Source: Chloroflexota bacterium
GTDB taxonomy: Bacteria > Chloroflexota > Dehalococcoidia > Lucifugimonadales > UBA2985
DNA: 64,000 bases
Assembly: GCA_028877205.1 (NCBI GenBank)
Contig: JAPPHY010000011.1
Span: 17,218-81,217, forward strand
Direction: 5' to 3'
In this document: positions 62,572 to 64,000 of the stretch, in pieces
How the letters are laid out: every line of letters starts with the position of its first letter
How positions within the stretch are numbered: position 1 is the first letter of the stretch
Notes under the pieces: generated by a model
The model's database searches: none
Told to the model about the DNA's origin: nothing
What the model saw: the letters and a program-made list of their open reading frames with translations, nothing else
Position numbers and translations under genes: made by a program

Positions 62572-64000
62572 ATGTTACGAAAAGCGTTGCACCTTAGGAC
62601 CCTAGTCGCAGTGCTGCTCGGCGCCGTGATGGTGTCGGCCGTGGCGTGTGGAGAAGATCCCACGGCCACGCCCGTGCCCACCAACACGCCGCAGCCGACG
62701 GCAACGCCTGAGCCCACGCCCACCGAGGCGATGATGGAGCCCACCGCAATGATGGAGCCCACCGAGGCGCCAGTGGCGGACACGCAGACCAACCTCGGTC
62801 TGAGCGCCCAGGCCATTATGGACCACCCCAACTTCAAGGCGGAGTGGGGCGAGCCTCAGTACGGCGGCACCATTGCGATGCGCACCAACGTGCCGGTCAG
62901 GACCGGCTCCCCATACCGGGGCAGTGGCAACAGCCACTACGTGGGCAACCAGATGACTTTCCGTGACACGCTTGTCATGGTGGACCCGTGGATCGGCTGG
63001 TCCGGCGGCATCCAGGGCAACGTGGCAGAGAGCTGGGAGGTCTCGGATGACCAGCTCACCTACACCTTCCACCTGCGCCAGGGCATCAAGTTCCACGAGA
63101 AGACCGACAACCACCAGGTAGACATGCCCGGATTCGGCCAGGAGCTCGTGTGCGAGGACGTTGCCTTTCACATGAACTTCATCGGCTCCGACCGCTACTG
63201 GGACGAGGGCGGTTCGCTCTCCTCTCTGGTTCCCGGCGGTACAACCTGGACCTGCCCGGACGGGCCTGAGGGCTACACCGCCCAGGCCGTGCTGGACAGC
63301 GGCATCCCCTTCCCCGGGATCCTGAACCTGCTCAGCATCCCCGGCGTGTACGGAATCACCAACGCAGAGTGGCTGGCGTGGTCTCTGGAAACGCTAGACG
63401 TCCAGGCGATCCGCACATACCCCGAGTACACCATCCACCTGGGTACCGGGCCCTTCATGCCCTCCGACCTCACACCCGAGGTGGTAGCACAGGGCGTCCG
63501 GAACCCCAACTACTGGAAGGAAGGCCTTCCCTTCCTGGACGTCTTCGAGTACCACACCATAGCCGACCCTGCCACGGCATTCGCCAGCTTCTCCACGGGG
63601 AAGATCGACCTCATGGGGCACGGCAGCGGCTCTCCCTATCCCGCCCAGGTGGAGCAGGCCAACCGCGACTTCCCTGAGCTGGGCTTCGCGCCCAACCACT
63701 ACTTCGGTGGCAGGGCCGTGGGATTCAACACCGAGAAGCCCCCGTTCGACGACGTGCGTGTGCGCCGTGCAGTGAACTTGGTCATGGACCGGGAAGCCTG
63801 GAAGGAATTCCAGAACATCCCCGGCACCGACCTCTACGCCGGCTACGTCCCGGCGGGCTTCTTCAACGCCGAGGGACGGGCCTTCGACCCGATGGGCCAC
63901 TCGGTTGAGGAGATTCTCCAGTGGGACGGATGGCGACAGCCCAAGGATGATGACATCGCTCTGGCCGTTAGTCTCATGGACGAGATTTACGGCCCCGGTG
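62572..64000 (+). CDS. ABC transporter substrate-binding lipoprotein, family 5 (peptide/nickel type). The 3' end is beyond the window, so it is absent from the ORF track.
   Basis: Own translation from the ATG at 62572 (RBS GGAGGGG): MLRKALHLRTLVAVLLGAVMVSAVAC-GEDPTATPVPTNTPQPTATPEPTPTE...YGGTIAMR...AESWEVSDDQLTYTFHLRQGIKFH. Confidence 0.8.
   Translation, partial: MLRKALHLRTLVAVLLGAVMVSAVACGEDPTATPVPTNTPQPTATPEPTPTEAMMEPTAMMEPTEAPVADTQTNLGLSAQAIMDHPNFKAEWGEPQYGGTIAMRTNVPVRTGSPYRGSGNSHYVGNQMTFRDTLVMVDPWIGWSGGIQGNVAESWEVSDDQLTYTFHLRQGIKFHEKTDNHQVDMPGFGQELVCEDVAFHMNFIGSDRYWDEGGSLSSLVPGGTTWTCPDGPEGYTAQAVLDSGIPFPGILNLLSIPGVYGITNAEWLAWSLETLDVQAIRTYPEYTIHLGTGPFMPSDLTPEVVAQGVRNPNYWKEGLPFLDVFEYHTIADPATAFASFSTGKIDLMGHGSGSPYPAQVEQANRDFPELGFAPNHYFGGRAVGFNTEKPPFDDVRVRRAVNLVMDREAWKEFQNIPGTDLYAGYVPAGFFNAEGRAFDPMGHSVEEILQWDGWRQPKDDDIALAVSLMDEIYGPG

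Overview
This is a 64-kb piece of a high-GC bacterial chromosome, densely coding on both strands. I support about 60 protein genes and 3 tRNAs (Lys-UUU, Asn-GUU, Ala-GGC). There is no rRNA, CRISPR array, transposase, integrase or reverse transcriptase.

The backbone is housekeeping and catabolism:
- Housekeeping: dnaJ (cut by the window start), lepB, plsY, the rny/YmdB/PHP block, and nadE.
- Molybdoenzyme maturation: XdhC and MocA.
- A glyoxylate/glycerate cluster: malate synthase G, HpcH aldolase, 2-hydroxyacid dehydrogenase and glycerate kinase.
- CaiB-type CoA-transferases, aldolases, peptidases (M16, M42) and transporters.

The origin is inferred only. The gene content includes RNase Y plus YmdB, many lipoproteins with Pro/Thr linkers, CaiB/enolase/aldolase paralogues, GC-rich palindromic intergenic repeats and eukaryote-like LRR/NHL proteins. 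This fits an uncultured Chloroflexota-like, possibly host- or sponge-associated, lineage. No marker in the window proves that.

Most notable observations:
1. An AT-richer ~3.4-kb island (about 11126-14539) sits between two diverged copies of the 5' end of a haloacid dehalogenase gene. It carries a tightly coupled DUF262 (ParB-like, DGQQR) plus HEPN (R-x4-H) gene pair, a candidate defence module. It also carries an XRE regulator divergent from a lipoprotein/membrane-protein pair.
2. A DsbA/FrnE-family gene has an in-frame TGA exactly where the first redox Cys belongs (U-P-W-C). It is probably a selenoprotein that the ORF track truncates.
3. A full-length homologue of eukaryotic sterol C-24 methyltransferase (Erg6/SMT).
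4. A lipoprotein built of about 29 plant-type 24-residue LRRs in two cap+solenoid modules.
5. An orphan small transcription unit whose leader is a perfect 16-nt complement of the canonical 16S rRNA 3' tail. It is followed by a 14-codon ORF and a compound terminator.
6. A single-chain tandem family-III CoA-transferase with non-canonical residues at both catalytic-Asp positions.

All functional calls come from my own reading of motifs. No database search was run.
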